From assembly GCA_046154695.1 (NCBI GenBank), contig JBJXFI010000313.1, forward strand, positions 1 through 56,187: a stretch of DNA of 56,187 bases, given 5' to 3'. Made by a program: the position numbers and the translations under genes. The stretch is from Blastocatellia bacterium (lineage in GTDB: Bacteria > Acidobacteriota > Blastocatellia > RBC074). This document shows, piece by piece, positions 36,505 through 45,907 of this stretch; position 1 is the stretch's first letter, and each line of letters begins with the position of its first letter. The notes under the pieces were generated by a model. It was not told the origin of the DNA and made no database searches. It worked only from the letters and a program-made list of their open reading frames with translations.

Positions 36505-36595
36505 CAACTACTATCCAGCAAATACAATTCCGGGGGTCCAGGCAAAGCTGGCAACTACAATCCAGCAAATACAATTCCGGGGGTCCAGGCAAAGC
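36505..36595. repeat. Tandem 44-bp direct repeat (47-bp period) upstream of the kinase RBS
   Basis: CAACTAC(T/A)ATCCAGCAAATACAATTCCGGGGGTCCAGGCAAAGC at 36505-36548 and 36552-36595. Confidence 0.9.
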
Positions 36596-36627
36596 CGATC
36601 GCCGGTCAAACAGGCACGTCGCACGGG

Positions 36628-38475
36628 TTACGGATCGAAGCTTCGAATCGCCCGCAAAAGGTCGATTCCGGTGAAGTCGTCCGGGCGCGAAAACTCTTCA
36701 AGCAACGGGGTGTTGAGCATTGCCTGTTCAAATGGGCCGGGGACATCGAAGGCGTCGTGGGGCGATGCCAGCCAGGCCGACGGGGGCACGATCTGATAGT
36801 TGCCGATGTGGCCGCCGGAGATCAGGAGATGGTGCGTCAGCATTCCCTGTCCGCTCTCGCAGAATCCGGCGCCGATCGATTCCTTTCGGGCGGTGAACTT
36901 CTCCGACAGGCGCCGTTCGCCGCGCCGCAGGCAATCGAAGGCCTTGAGCAGATAGGTGAAGGCGACCATTCCGCAAAAGCCGATCGCGTGCGCGCGGGCG
37001 CGGAGGCGCTCCAGCGCGTTGGGGGCGTCGGGGATGTGCCAGGTGATCTTTCGCGCCGGGGTTTGAAACTTCGGAAGCGAGATCTCCAGGCGGCCCTGCC
37101 GATGGCCCGCGCCGTTGGGGGAGCCGTTCGAGGCGGCGGAAGCGGGTTTGGCCTCCGCCATGATGAATTCATTTTTGATCTTGCCGCTCAGGGCGGTGAT
37201 CCATTGTCGGGCAATCGGTCCGGTCTCCATCGGTTCACGGTCCCATCGCGGCGCGACGCACCACGAATACTGCTCCTGCCAGTTTCCCTGCGCGGGCTGG
37301 GGAAGCGTCTCGTAATTCCAGGGATGGAGGGGCGAGAGAGGAACGCCGAACTGGTCCGCCTTGACGAGGTGGCCCCGGGACGCGCCGAAGAAGGAATGAT
37401 CGATGAACGCTTCGATGCCGGCGTTCAGATCGGTCAGTCGATTGGTGCGCAGGCGCCCATGGACGATGACGCCGGGCGTGGCGAGCCGCTTCTCCCCCCA
37501 TTCGTTGCAATGATCAAAGCGCGCGTCATACGCGGCCGGATCGTCTCCCCAGCCGGCCGAGATCATGTTCGCCGGGAGGCGTCCGACCTCTTGGTACCGC
37601 GCATCGGACTGATAAAAAAACTCGGCCAGATCGTCCCAGAGGGCGGCCACCTTCTTCGCATAATCGATCAGGCGGTTGATGCGCCCCAGGACCTGGTTGA
37701 AGAGCTCCCGGTCGGCCTCGATGCCCACCCCGCCGAGAAAGATCGTTGACGGGTGAGGGTACCGGCCGAAGACCAGCGTGGCGACTTCGGCCGCGGCGCG
37801 TGTCAGATGCAACGCCTCACGATAGAGATGGCCGGAGATCGGATTCATTTCGCGCATGATTTCGCCGATCGTTCGATAGCCATGCGTGGCCGCGTTCGGG
37901 GCCAGCGCCCCCTCGGCCTTCTTCCAAACCATCTCGTTGGTCCTTCGCAGCACCGATTCCGAATAGTCGGGTCCGGCGAGCAGAAACAGATGCCGGACGT
38001 GGGAATAGATGAGTTCCGCGGAAGAGCCCAGTCCGCGCGTGATCAGCGCCAGCGGCGGAGGCGTCACGCCGAAGGCCATCTCCAGGGCCATCGCGGCGGC
38101 AATCGAATTGGCGCCGCTCGCGCGCCCGCTCAAGCGGCTGGAGATCGCGACGGCATCCGACGGAATCCGCCCCTTGAGGATGAGTTCGAAGCCCCGGAAT
38201 TCCGTCGCCTCGGCCCGGGCGTCGAGAACGCGGCGGTTCTCCAGATCGACCACCACGCGCAGTGCCGTCCCGCCGGCGCAGCGCGTCAGCGGCTCGACCT
38301 CGAAATAGCGGACGTGCGGGCTCTGAACCGCCTCCCGCAGCAATCGTTCATGCTCGTCGTGCGCGGGGACGTTGACCGCCTGCGCGACGGCGAACGCGCC
38401 GGCCGCGGGCGCGTCGGCCCGCAGCTTCGCCTGTCCGCGAGCGTCGAATTCGATTGGCAGGTTCTTGAAAACCAT
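36628..38475 (-). CDS. [NiFe]-hydrogenase large-subunit homolog 2 (group 1h/1l-like), lacking Ni-binding cysteines
   Basis: Start MVFKNLPIEFD at 38475; FRGFELILKGR; HGYRTIGEIMREMNP; GIDLLRAIRSFDP*. L1 RxCGxC reads RLSGRA; L2 DPCxxC is truncated. Confidence 0.9.
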   Translation of the reverse strand: MVFKNLPIEFDARGQAKLRADAPAAGAFAVAQAVNVPAHDEHERLLREAVQSPHVRYFEVEPLTRCAGGTALRVVVDLENRRVLDARAEATEFRGFELILKGRIPSDAVAISSRLSGRASGANSIAAAMALEMAFGVTPPPLALITRGLGSSAELIYSHVRHLFLLAGPDYSESVLRRTNEMVWKKAEGALAPNAATHGYRTIGEIMREMNPISGHLYREALHLTRAAAEVATLVFGRYPHPSTIFLGGVGIEADRELFNQVLGRINRLIDYAKKVAALWDDLAEFFYQSDARYQEVGRLPANMISAGWGDDPAAYDARFDHCNEWGEKRLATPGVIVHGRLRTNRLTDLNAGIEAFIDHSFFGASRGHLVKADQFGVPLSPLHPWNYETLPQPAQGNWQEQYSWCVAPRWDREPMETGPIARQWITALSGKIKNEFIMAEAKPASAASNGSPNGAGHRQGRLEISLPKFQTPARKITWHIPDAPNALERLRARAHAIGFCGMVAFTYLLKAFDCLRRGERRLSEKFTARKESIGAGFCESGQGMLTHHLLISGGHIGNYQIVPPSAWLASPHDAFDVPGPFEQAMLNTPLLEEFSRPDDFTGIDLLRAIRSFDP

Positions 38476-38537
38476 ATTCTTCGGTTCGGGGAACCGCCGA
38501 TGATTCCCGGCCCCTTCCCGAACGCCCGACGGATGCA

Positions 38538-40412
38538 TTACGGATCGAAGCTCCGAATGGTCCGCAGGATATCGATTCCCGTGAAATCCTCCGCCCGGGC
38601 GCATTGCTCCAGCAGAGGTGTATTGATCAGCGCCGCCTCGTAGATGCCGGGGATGCCGATGGCGTCCCGCGGAGAGCCCATCCACTCCCCGGGCGTGATG
38701 ACCTGATAGTTCTCGATCACCCGGTTCCGGATCGAGAGGTGATGGGTCACCGAGCCGCGTCCGCATTCCCAGAATCCGACGCCGGTGCGCCTCTCCGGCG
38801 AGCGGAATCGAACGGACATGGCGGTCTCCCCGCGGCGAATGCAGTCGAACGCCTTGAGCAGATTGGCGTATGCCACCATGCCGGCGTAGGCCATGCTGTA
38901 GGCCCGCGCCCGGTTTCGTTCGAGAGCGTTCGGGCGCTCGGGGATTTGCCAGCGCAGTCTCGTGGCCGGCTGCTGCCCCTTGGGCAGAAAAATCTCGAGC
39001 GATCGGCGGCCACCGCCGATAAATTCACAGTTCTGGACGGCGCTGACCGCGTTGATCCACATCCGCGCGAGGGGGCCGGTCTCGACATGCTCGCGGTCCC
39101 AGCGCGGCGCCGCATTCCAGGAATAGCGCCCCTTCCAGTCGCGGGCCTCCGTCGCGAGGATCACATCGCGATCGTTCTGATTCCCTCCATTCCGTTCATT
39201 CCCCCTGTTCCCCCGATTCCCCCGATTCCCCCGATTCCCCCGATTCCATGGATGCATCGGCGAGAGCGGTTCGCTCAACGGATCGGCCGGCACCGGGAGA
39301 TCGGCCGGATCCCCTTCCTGGCCGCCGAAATACGAGTGGTCGTCGAACTCCTCGATGCCGATGTTGATGTCCGTCAAGCGCCCGGTGCGCAGTTCGTTAT
39401 TGATGATCACGCCGGGAAGGGCCAGGCGAAAGGCGCCCCAGTCGTTGCAGTTCGTATAACTGGCGTCATACTGATCGGGATCGTCCCACACGCCGACGCT
39501 CAGCAGATTGCCCGGCAATTCGCCCACGCGGCGGTACCGGGGCTCGGCATCGTAGAAGAAATCGACCAGGTCGTCCCAGATCGCCGCGACCTTCTTGGCG
39601 TAATCGAGCAGCGTGTTGATTCTGCCGAGGACGAGACTGAAGGTCTCCTTGTTGGGCTCGATGCCGATTCCGGCGGGAACGATCGTCACCGGATGCGGAT
39701 ATTTGCCAAAGATCATCGCGCAGATCTCGCGCGCCAGCCGGGCCATCTGCAGGGCTTCCAGATAGAGATGGCCGCTCATCGGGTTCAGGCCGCGCATCAG
39801 ATCGGCGATCGTCTCCAGCCCGTGGAGATCATAATTGGTCGAAGTCGTCTTCTGCGCCCGGGCCCAGAGCGGAAGGCTCGTGCGGCTGACGGCAGCCTCG
39901 GAATAGTCCGGCCCCGCCAGCACAAACAGATGCTGCACGCATTCCGAGATCAGCTCTCCGCAGGCCCCGAGGTTCCGGGAGATGATCGCGAGCGGCGGCG
40001 GCGCGATGCCGCAAGCCATCTCAAGCGCCATCGCCGCCGCGATGGCATGCGCCCCGCTGGAGGTCCCTTCGATGCGCGGCGAAATCTGCACCGCGTCGGA
40101 AGGCTCCCGCCCCTTCAACAGCGCCTCATGCACGCCCGGCTGCGTCTCTTCCACCCGCGCGTCCAGAATCCGCCGCTGCTCGAAATCGATCACCGTCAGC
40201 ACCGACAGGTGGCTCCGGGTCCGGGTCAGCGGATCGATGACCAGGTTCAGGACGCCCTGATTCTCCGCCAGCTTCTCGAGATTGCGCTCCCGATTCGCGG
40301 CACGCCCGCGCCGCGCGTCGATCTCGACGCTGAATGGCGCGTCCGCCTCCTCATCGCGCAGGAACGCGCGTCCGTACGGATCGATTTCGAAAGGTAGATT
40401 TCTAAAAACCAC
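38538..40412 (-). CDS. [NiFe]-hydrogenase large-subunit homolog 1 (group 1h/1l-like), lacking Ni-binding cysteines
   Basis: MVFRNLPFEID; DPLTR; ETGPLARMW; NALERNRAR; GIDILRTIRSFDP*. L1 reads RIEGTS; L2 is truncated. Confidence 0.9.
   Translation of the reverse strand: MVFRNLPFEIDPYGRAFLRDEEADAPFSVEIDARRGRAANRERNLEKLAENQGVLNLVIDPLTRTRSHLSVLTVIDFEQRRILDARVEETQPGVHEALLKGREPSDAVQISPRIEGTSSGAHAIAAAMALEMACGIAPPPLAIISRNLGACGELISECVQHLFVLAGPDYSEAAVSRTSLPLWARAQKTTSTNYDLHGLETIADLMRGLNPMSGHLYLEALQMARLAREICAMIFGKYPHPVTIVPAGIGIEPNKETFSLVLGRINTLLDYAKKVAAIWDDLVDFFYDAEPRYRRVGELPGNLLSVGVWDDPDQYDASYTNCNDWGAFRLALPGVIINNELRTGRLTDINIGIEEFDDHSYFGGQEGDPADLPVPADPLSEPLSPMHPWNRGNRGNRGNRGNRGNERNGGNQNDRDVILATEARDWKGRYSWNAAPRWDREHVETGPLARMWINAVSAVQNCEFIGGGRRSLEIFLPKGQQPATRLRWQIPERPNALERNRARAYSMAYAGMVAYANLLKAFDCIRRGETAMSVRFRSPERRTGVGFWECGRGSVTHHLSIRNRVIENYQVITPGEWMGSPRDAIGIPGIYEAALINTPLLEQCARAEDFTGIDILRTIRSFDP
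39181..39247. repeat. In-frame 9-nt tandem repeat (four perfect TTCCCCCGA plus degenerate units) encoding (RGN)n
   Basis: Seen directly; absent from the paralog, which reads HPWNYETLP at this position. Confidence 0.9.
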
Positions 40413-40613
40413 AGGCCATTGCCTCTTGACGCCAACATCTCTCCGCGCCCGATGGACCGTCCGGTCCCCGAGGCGCAGGCCGTCTTCATCGGCGGCAAGC
40501 GCGTCGGAGAGAGCCGCGTTCCACCTGCCTCGGCGATTGCATCGGAAGGTAAAGGTTCACGCTCATGCGCAGCGCCATGGAGAGATCCCGCCCGGAGAAT
40601 CTAAAGGAGAATC

Positions 40614-41462
40614 TCAAAAGGCCGGATCGGGCCGAGCGAGCGCGAGATGCTGGTCCACAAAATCGCGCTCCGTGCATCCGATACAGCTTCCGCCGACGCG
40701 CGTGCATCCGCCGAATCCGCGCAGCCACCCCGTAAAGGGCACCGGGCATTTGATAATCGGCCGGTTCGACAGATCGAACCCGGCGGCAGGCGGATATTCG
40801 ACACGCGGAGGCAACGGATACGTATCGTGATTGAACATCCATCGAGGACGGTGTTCCTCATCCAGATCCATAGGCACCAGTCGAGCCATATGAAGGAAGA
40901 CGTAGATCAGGGTTTCAATAAAGCCCTCGCCGGTCGGCGCGCATCCCGGCACGTTGACCACCGGCAGGCCGCTGCGACTGAGGAAGTCGCACCCCAGAAG
41001 GTCTTCGAGCCCCTGGGCGCCGATCGGGCTTCCAGCCGCGGCCGGCACTCCGCCCCACGTAGCGCAGGAACCGAACGCGACGACCGCCTCGGCTCCGGGG
41101 GCAAGCCGATGGACCCAATTGGCGATCGTCAGGGGACGCCCCTCGGGCGTGGCCCCCAACCGGGAGAAGCTGCCCTCTCCCGCAAGCGATTCGTCCGGGA
41201 TGGCCCCCTCCAACACCAGAACATAGGGCGAGAGAAATCCATCCGCGGCGCGGTCGAGATTGGCGCGAAAAGCGTCTCCGCTCTCCATCGCGAACTCGGG
41301 GTGGATCAGCACCACCCGCGGGGCGTCCGGGACGTTGCCGAGAATCAGATCCTCGATTCCCGGCTCTGACGCTCCCAGCATCGCCATCGTACAGCCGCCG
41401 CATCCCGCGCCGGACAGCCAGACGAGATGAACCGATTCCATTGATGGCAGATTGCCCTGCAT
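40614..41462 (-). CDS. [NiFe]-hydrogenase small-subunit homolog (cytoplasmic; no Tat leader)
   Basis: [34 protein letters not shown]...[14 protein letters not shown]; GAGGAG RBS before ATG 41462 (GTG 41474 is an alternative). Confidence 0.9.
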   Translation of the reverse strand: MQGNLPSMESVHLVWLSGAGCGGCTMAMLGASEPGIEDLILGNVPDAPRVVLIHPEFAMESGDAFRANLDRAADGFLSPYVLVLEGAIPDESLAGEGSFSRLGATPEGRPLTIANWVHRLAPGAEAVVAFGSCATWGGVPAAAGSPIGAQGLEDLLGCDFLSRSGLPVVNVPGCAPTGEGFIETLIYVFLHMARLVPMDLDEEHRPRWMFNHDTYPLPPRVEYPPAAGFDLSNRPIIKCPVPFTGWLRGFGGCTRVGGSCIGCTERDFVDQHLALARPDPAF

Positions 41463-41662
41463 CCCGCTCCTCACTGGTCGGAGCTCCGCCCGGCGGGCAA
41501 AAACTCCAGACGCAGACAGACGACCGCCTTCCGGGCGGCGACCTTCACAACATTCTCATCGAAACAGCGATTCAGACTTACAATCTAAAGTTACGAATCG
41601 TCCTGGGGATCACTTTCGTGATCGAATGGCTTGACAGATTTCCCGCTAATAAAAGTGAATGG

Positions 41663-41692
41663 ATTATAAACATGTAGGTTCCACGCGCGCAA
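41663..41692 (-). promoter_or_regulatory. Putative sigma70 promoter for the hydrogenase-like operon
   Basis: Minus strand TTGCGC (41692-41687), 18-nt spacer, perfect TATAAT (41668-41663) in the AT-rich divergent intergenic region. Confidence 0.45.
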
Positions 41693-41827
41693 CCAAAGAA
41701 TACCGCCGCATTTGACTAGAAGAAGGATTTAATGTTTCATGCGGCATCACGAGACTGGAAACGCAGGTTTAATCAATAAACCCATCACCGCCAGAGAAAC
41801 ATCAACATAGGCTCCAGAGCAACGGAA

Positions 41828-44170
41828 GTGAGCACAGTCGAACGGAATCAAATGACTGGGTCGCAGGCCTCAACGACTGCCCATTCACAGGACGCCACGT
41901 ATTGGCGCGTGGAGGGGAGTTTGCTCAACCTGGGGGCGGTCCGCCCGGTGGGTTTTTTCACCTGGAATTCGCAGAAATTTTCCGAGCGGTGGCTTCGGCG
42001 CGGAGGGGTGACGCTATCGATCATCCTCCGGCCGCTGACATACACCCTCGATCGGGTCTTTGCCACGCGGGTGCTGCATGCGCTGCTCCGGGGGGTCAGC
42101 CGGGACCGGCTGGATCTGCTCGGCGAGGAATATTTTCAGTATTACCTGCAGCCGAAGCTCAAGCCGCGGGGGGTGGCGAAGCTGAAGGAAGCGATGGCGC
42201 GGGGGGAGCGGATCGTGCTGGTGAGCCAGGGGCTGGACCACGTGATGCGGCCGCTGGCGAGGCATCTGGGCGTGGATCGGCTGCTGGCCAACCGGCTGGA
42301 GTTTCGGGACAGGCACGCGACGGGACGGCTGCTTTCGCCGGTCATCCGTCCGCGGCAGATCCTCGCGCGAATCATCGGCCGGCGGCCGGACGGGCGCGTC
42401 CCCATCGAGCGGCTGGAGCGAAACCTGGGATTGTCGAAAGCGACGATCGATGCGGCCGTCATTCCGGCGCGGCGCGCGGTCGATCCGATCGGGACGCCGA
42501 CGGTCGTCTACGACGCGCACAAGCGGCTCGCCCACTTGTCGGTGCGGGAATCGTTCGCGGGCAAGACCATTCTGCTCATCGGCTTCACCGGCTTCATCGG
42601 CAAGGTCTGGCTGGCCAAGGTCCTCAGCGATATCCCGAACATCGGCAAGGTGTATCTGCTCATTCGGCGGCAGCGATCGGTGACGGCCCAGCGCCGTTTC
42701 GAGAAGGTCGCGGAGGAATCGCTCCTCTTTGAGCCGCTTCACAATCGACTCGGAGAGGAGTTCCCCCGGTTTCTCGCGGAGAAGGTCGAGGTTGTCGAGG
42801 GGGACATCACCCTGCCCGGCCTCGGGCTGAGCCCGGAGATCCAGGCCCGATTCCGGACCGACCTCGATCTGATCATCAACAGCTCGGGGCTGACCGATTT
42901 CAACCCCGATCTGGAACAGGCGCTGACGATCAACGTCGAGGGCACGCTCCATGTGATCGATTTCCTTCGCGAGTGCGGCCGCGCGGCGCTGCTCCACCTC
43001 TCGACCTGTTATGTCGTGGGATACCGCGACGGGCGCATCGACGAGACGCTGACGCCGAACTATACGCCAAAAAACGTCCCGGATTTCGACGCCGAAGGGG
43101 AGCGCCGATCGCTGCGGCGGCTCGTCGCCGAGATCGAGGCGCGGGCCGAGAGCGAAGCGGTCACGGCGCTGCTCCGCGACCAGGTGCTGAGGAAACCGAG
43201 CAACCAGAACAAGCAGCTCGGCGAGACGGAGCTCGCCGCCCAGATTCGCAAGCAGCGCCAGCGCTGGGTGCGAAGCGAATTGACGGACGCCGGGATGGCG
43301 CGCGCGCAAAGCCTCGGATGGCCGAACACGTACACGTTCACCAAGAGCCTGGCGGAATCGCTGATCGACGCGCGGGCCGGGGAGCTGCCGATCGCCGTGG
43401 TGCGGCCGTCGATCGTCGAGACCTCGACGCACGACCCCTTCGAGGGGTGGAACGAGGGCGTCAACACGTCGGCGCCGATCTCTTATCTGCTCGGCACGTT
43501 CTTTCGCCAGATGCCGACCAACGGCCGGAAGTGCCTGGACATCATTCCAGTCGATCTCGTCTGCCGGGGATTGATCCTCATCGGCGCAGCGCTGATCGAG
43601 CGCCGCCACCAGCGCGTCTACCAACTCGCGACCTCGGTGACCAATCCCTGCGACATGCGGCGGACGATCGAGCTGACCGGCCTCGCGCACCGCAAGCATT
43701 ACCGGGCCCAGGACGATTTCAACCAGCGGCTGCTCGCCTATTTCGACACGATTCCGGTCTCGCAGGAACGCTATCGGACGCTCTCGGCGCCCCGCCAGAA
43801 ACAGGTCGTGCAGGCGCTACAGCGAATTCTGGCGCCGCTGCCGATGATGCGCTCCCCGCTCGTCCGCCGCGAGCGCGACCTCGACCGGGTGGAAAAGATC
43901 ATCGAGCTTTACGAACCCTTCATCCTTCATAACGAATATGTCTTCGAGGCGCGAAACGTCGAGCTGCTCTCCGCCGCGCTTCCCGCGGCGGAGAGCGATG
44001 CGTTCCGCTATGACGCGGGCTATATCGACTGGTGGGATTATTGGATCAATGTCCATATCCCGGCGCTCCGCAAATGGTCGTATCCGATCATCGAAGGGCG
44101 TCCGGTGGAGAACAAATCCCGGCGCGTGGCGCAGGCCCCCTCTCCGGAGCCGAGCGTCGCGGCGCGGTGA
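41828..44170 (+). CDS. Fusion of a degenerate HAD-like domain and a fatty acyl-CoA reductase (NAD_binding_4/male-sterility type)
   Basis: N-terminal HAD-IB-like fold ([21 protein letters not shown]); IGFTGFIGK Rossmann motif, [11 protein letters not shown] (YxxxK), VRPSIV, DIIPVD. Confidence 0.85.
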   Translation: MSTVERNQMTGSQASTTAHSQDATYWRVEGSLLNLGAVRPVGFFTWNSQKFSERWLRRGGVTLSIILRPLTYTLDRVFATRVLHALLRGVSRDRLDLLGEEYFQYYLQPKLKPRGVAKLKEAMARGERIVLVSQGLDHVMRPLARHLGVDRLLANRLEFRDRHATGRLLSPVIRPRQILARIIGRRPDGRVPIERLERNLGLSKATIDAAVIPARRAVDPIGTPTVVYDAHKRLAHLSVRESFAGKTILLIGFTGFIGKVWLAKVLSDIPNIGKVYLLIRRQRSVTAQRRFEKVAEESLLFEPLHNRLGEEFPRFLAEKVEVVEGDITLPGLGLSPEIQARFRTDLDLIINSSGLTDFNPDLEQALTINVEGTLHVIDFLRECGRAALLHLSTCYVVGYRDGRIDETLTPNYTPKNVPDFDAEGERRSLRRLVAEIEARAESEAVTALLRDQVLRKPSNQNKQLGETELAAQIRKQRQRWVRSELTDAGMARAQSLGWPNTYTFTKSLAESLIDARAGELPIAVVRPSIVETSTHDPFEGWNEGVNTSAPISYLLGTFFRQMPTNGRKCLDIIPVDLVCRGLILIGAALIERRHQRVYQLATSVTNPCDMRRTIELTGLAHRKHYRAQDDFNQRLLAYFDTIPVSQERYRTLSAPRQKQVVQALQRILAPLPMMRSPLVRRERDLDRVEKIIELYEPFILHNEYVFEARNVELLSAALPAAESDAFRYDAGYIDWWDYWINVHIPALRKWSYPIIEGRPVENKSRRVAQAPSPEPSVAAR

Positions 44171-44209
44171 TTGGCGTTCGGAGTCCCGAACATTTTTGGA
44201 GGATCGGAT

Positions 44210-44692
44210 ATGGGGATGGAGATCAAATGGGGGCTGATATTCGCGCTATCGACGCTGGCCTGGGTGTTTCTCGAAAAGGCCGGCGGGTTTCACGACGCGC
44301 GGCTGGAGCAGCATCCATGGTTCTCGATGCTCTTCATCATTCCCGCGGTGGCGGTCTACTTTTTCGCGATCCGGGACAAGCGGCGGGCGCTCGGCGGAAA
44401 GATCGCCTTCAAGGAGGCCTTTCTGTTCGGGCTTGCGGTGAGCGTGATCGTTGCGGTGCTCACTCCGCTGCTGCAGTGGATCACGCACCGTTACATCAGC
44501 CCGAACTATTTCGCGAACATCATCCAGCTTTCGGTGAGCACGGGGCGGATGACGCAGCAGCAGGCGGAATCCTTCTTCAACTTGAACAGCTATATCATCC
44601 AGGCCTCGTCCTTCGCGTTGATCGCGGGCGTCATTACGACGCTGGCGCTGGCCGGGCTCATGAAAACGAAAGACGGTGAAAAACCGGGTTGA
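44210..44692 (+). CDS. Small multi-pass membrane protein (DUF4199-like)
   Basis: GGAGG RBS; EIKWGLIF...W...EK..G.HD pattern; YISPNYFANII; about four TM helices. Confidence 0.7.
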   Translation: MGMEIKWGLIFALSTLAWVFLEKAGGFHDARLEQHPWFSMLFIIPAVAVYFFAIRDKRRALGGKIAFKEAFLFGLAVSVIVAVLTPLLQWITHRYISPNYFANIIQLSVSTGRMTQQQAESFFNLNSYIIQASSFALIAGVITTLALAGLMKTKDGEKPG

Positions 44693-44737
44693 GCCGTCCG
44701 GCCTCGCCGGTCATGCGGACGTGAATCGGAACGATCT

Positions 44738-45880
44738 ATGGCAATCTTTCTCACCGGCGCGACCGGTTATGTGGGGGCGCATGCGGCGGCGCTGCTGCTC
44801 GAACAACACACCGACACGCTCAACCTGCTCGTTCGCGCGAAGAGCGACGAAGAGGCGGCGCATCGGCTGTGGAAGTCGATGCAAATGCACCTGGACTTTC
44901 CCCGTTTTCACGACCACCTTCGGTCGCGGATCCGGATCTTCCGCGGCGATCTGACCGACGCGCGATTCGGGCTCGACGAGAGCGCGCATCGCCGCCTGGC
45001 GGAGACGACCGATTCGATCATCCATTGCGCCGCGTCGCTCAATCGAAAGAGCGAGAAGACGTGCCTCAACGTCAACCTGCGGGGAACGCTCGAAGTGATC
45101 AAGCTGGCGCGGGCCGCGCGGGAGCTTCATGGACTGCGGCGCTTCAGCGATGTCTCGACCGTGGCGATCTGCGGGCTGCGGCAGAACGAGGTCGTAATGG
45201 AGGATTCCTCGCTCGACTGGGACCGGTCGGATTACGATCCGTATGCCCGGACGAAGAAGTTCTGCGAGCATATGGTCCACGAGCTGCTGCCCGACGTGCC
45301 GCACACGGTCTTTCGCCCGAGCATCATTCTCGGCGACAGCCGCTACGCCGAGACCACCCAGTTCGACATGGTGCGGGCCTTCGTCTTTCTCGCGGGCCTG
45401 CCGGCGCTTCCCTTCCGCCCGACGGATCAGATCGACATCGTCAATGTGGACTTCGTCGCCGAATCGATCGTCGCGATCCATCAGAAAGAACGCCCGGAGC
45501 ATGCCATTTATCACCTGTCGTCCGGGCGCGATTCCCAGACCTTCCGCGAACTGACCGACGCGCTCGCCTCGGCGCGGGGGCGGTCGGGGCCGGTCTATCT
45601 GCCGTTTCTCGAACGCCCGTTCACCTCCATCAACAACTGGATCGCGGACAACCTGCGGGGGAGCGGGCTCAGCTTCGGCGCGACGCTGCTCAAGGTCTTT
45701 CTGCCCTACCTGACCTTCAACACGGTCTTCGACAACACGCGCATCACGACCGAGATGGGCCGAAAGCCCGTGCCGTTTTCGCGGTACTCCTATCCGCTGC
45801 TGAAGTTCAGCCGCGAGGGCGATTTCATCTATCCTTACAAGGAGTGGCCGGGCGAAGCCTCCAAGACAGCGGCCGCCTGA
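44738..45880 (+). CDS. Extended SDR / thioester-reductase-like oxidoreductase
   Basis: [34 protein letters not shown] (YxxxK), RPSIILG. Confidence 0.88.
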   Translation: MAIFLTGATGYVGAHAAALLLEQHTDTLNLLVRAKSDEEAAHRLWKSMQMHLDFPRFHDHLRSRIRIFRGDLTDARFGLDESAHRRLAETTDSIIHCAASLNRKSEKTCLNVNLRGTLEVIKLARAARELHGLRRFSDVSTVAICGLRQNEVVMEDSSLDWDRSDYDPYARTKKFCEHMVHELLPDVPHTVFRPSIILGDSRYAETTQFDMVRAFVFLAGLPALPFRPTDQIDIVNVDFVAESIVAIHQKERPEHAIYHLSSGRDSQTFRELTDALASARGRSGPVYLPFLERPFTSINNWIADNLRGSGLSFGATLLKVFLPYLTFNTVFDNTRITTEMGRKPVPFSRYSYPLLKFSREGDFIYPYKEWPGEASKTAAA

Positions 45881-45907
45881 CACACCCCGGGAGCGACGAG
45901 AAGAGAC

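Noticed and set aside
36505-36595. CRISPR array
   Set aside because: Only two units separated by 3 nt; no spacers and no cas genes.
38476-38766. 97-aa N-terminal extension of large subunit 2 in the ORF track
   Set aside because: It overlaps the upstream paralog; homology with paralog 1 starts at MVFKNLP (38475).
36628-40412. Simple pseudogenes or selenocysteine ([NiFeSe]) read-through
   Set aside because: Both ORFs are intact over more than 600 codons with an identical truncation point; the stops are TAA, not TGA; the N-terminal Cys are also substituted.
40486-40842. Frameshifted continuation carrying the missing distal Fe-S ligands
   Set aside because: The small-subunit frame continues through conserved medial-cluster motifs without a break, and the alternative frame shows no hydrogenase motif.
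36628-41462. Functional H2-oxidising or classical H2-sensing [NiFe]-hydrogenase
   Set aside because: All four metal-binding Cys are absent from both large subunits, and no maturation genes are present in the window.
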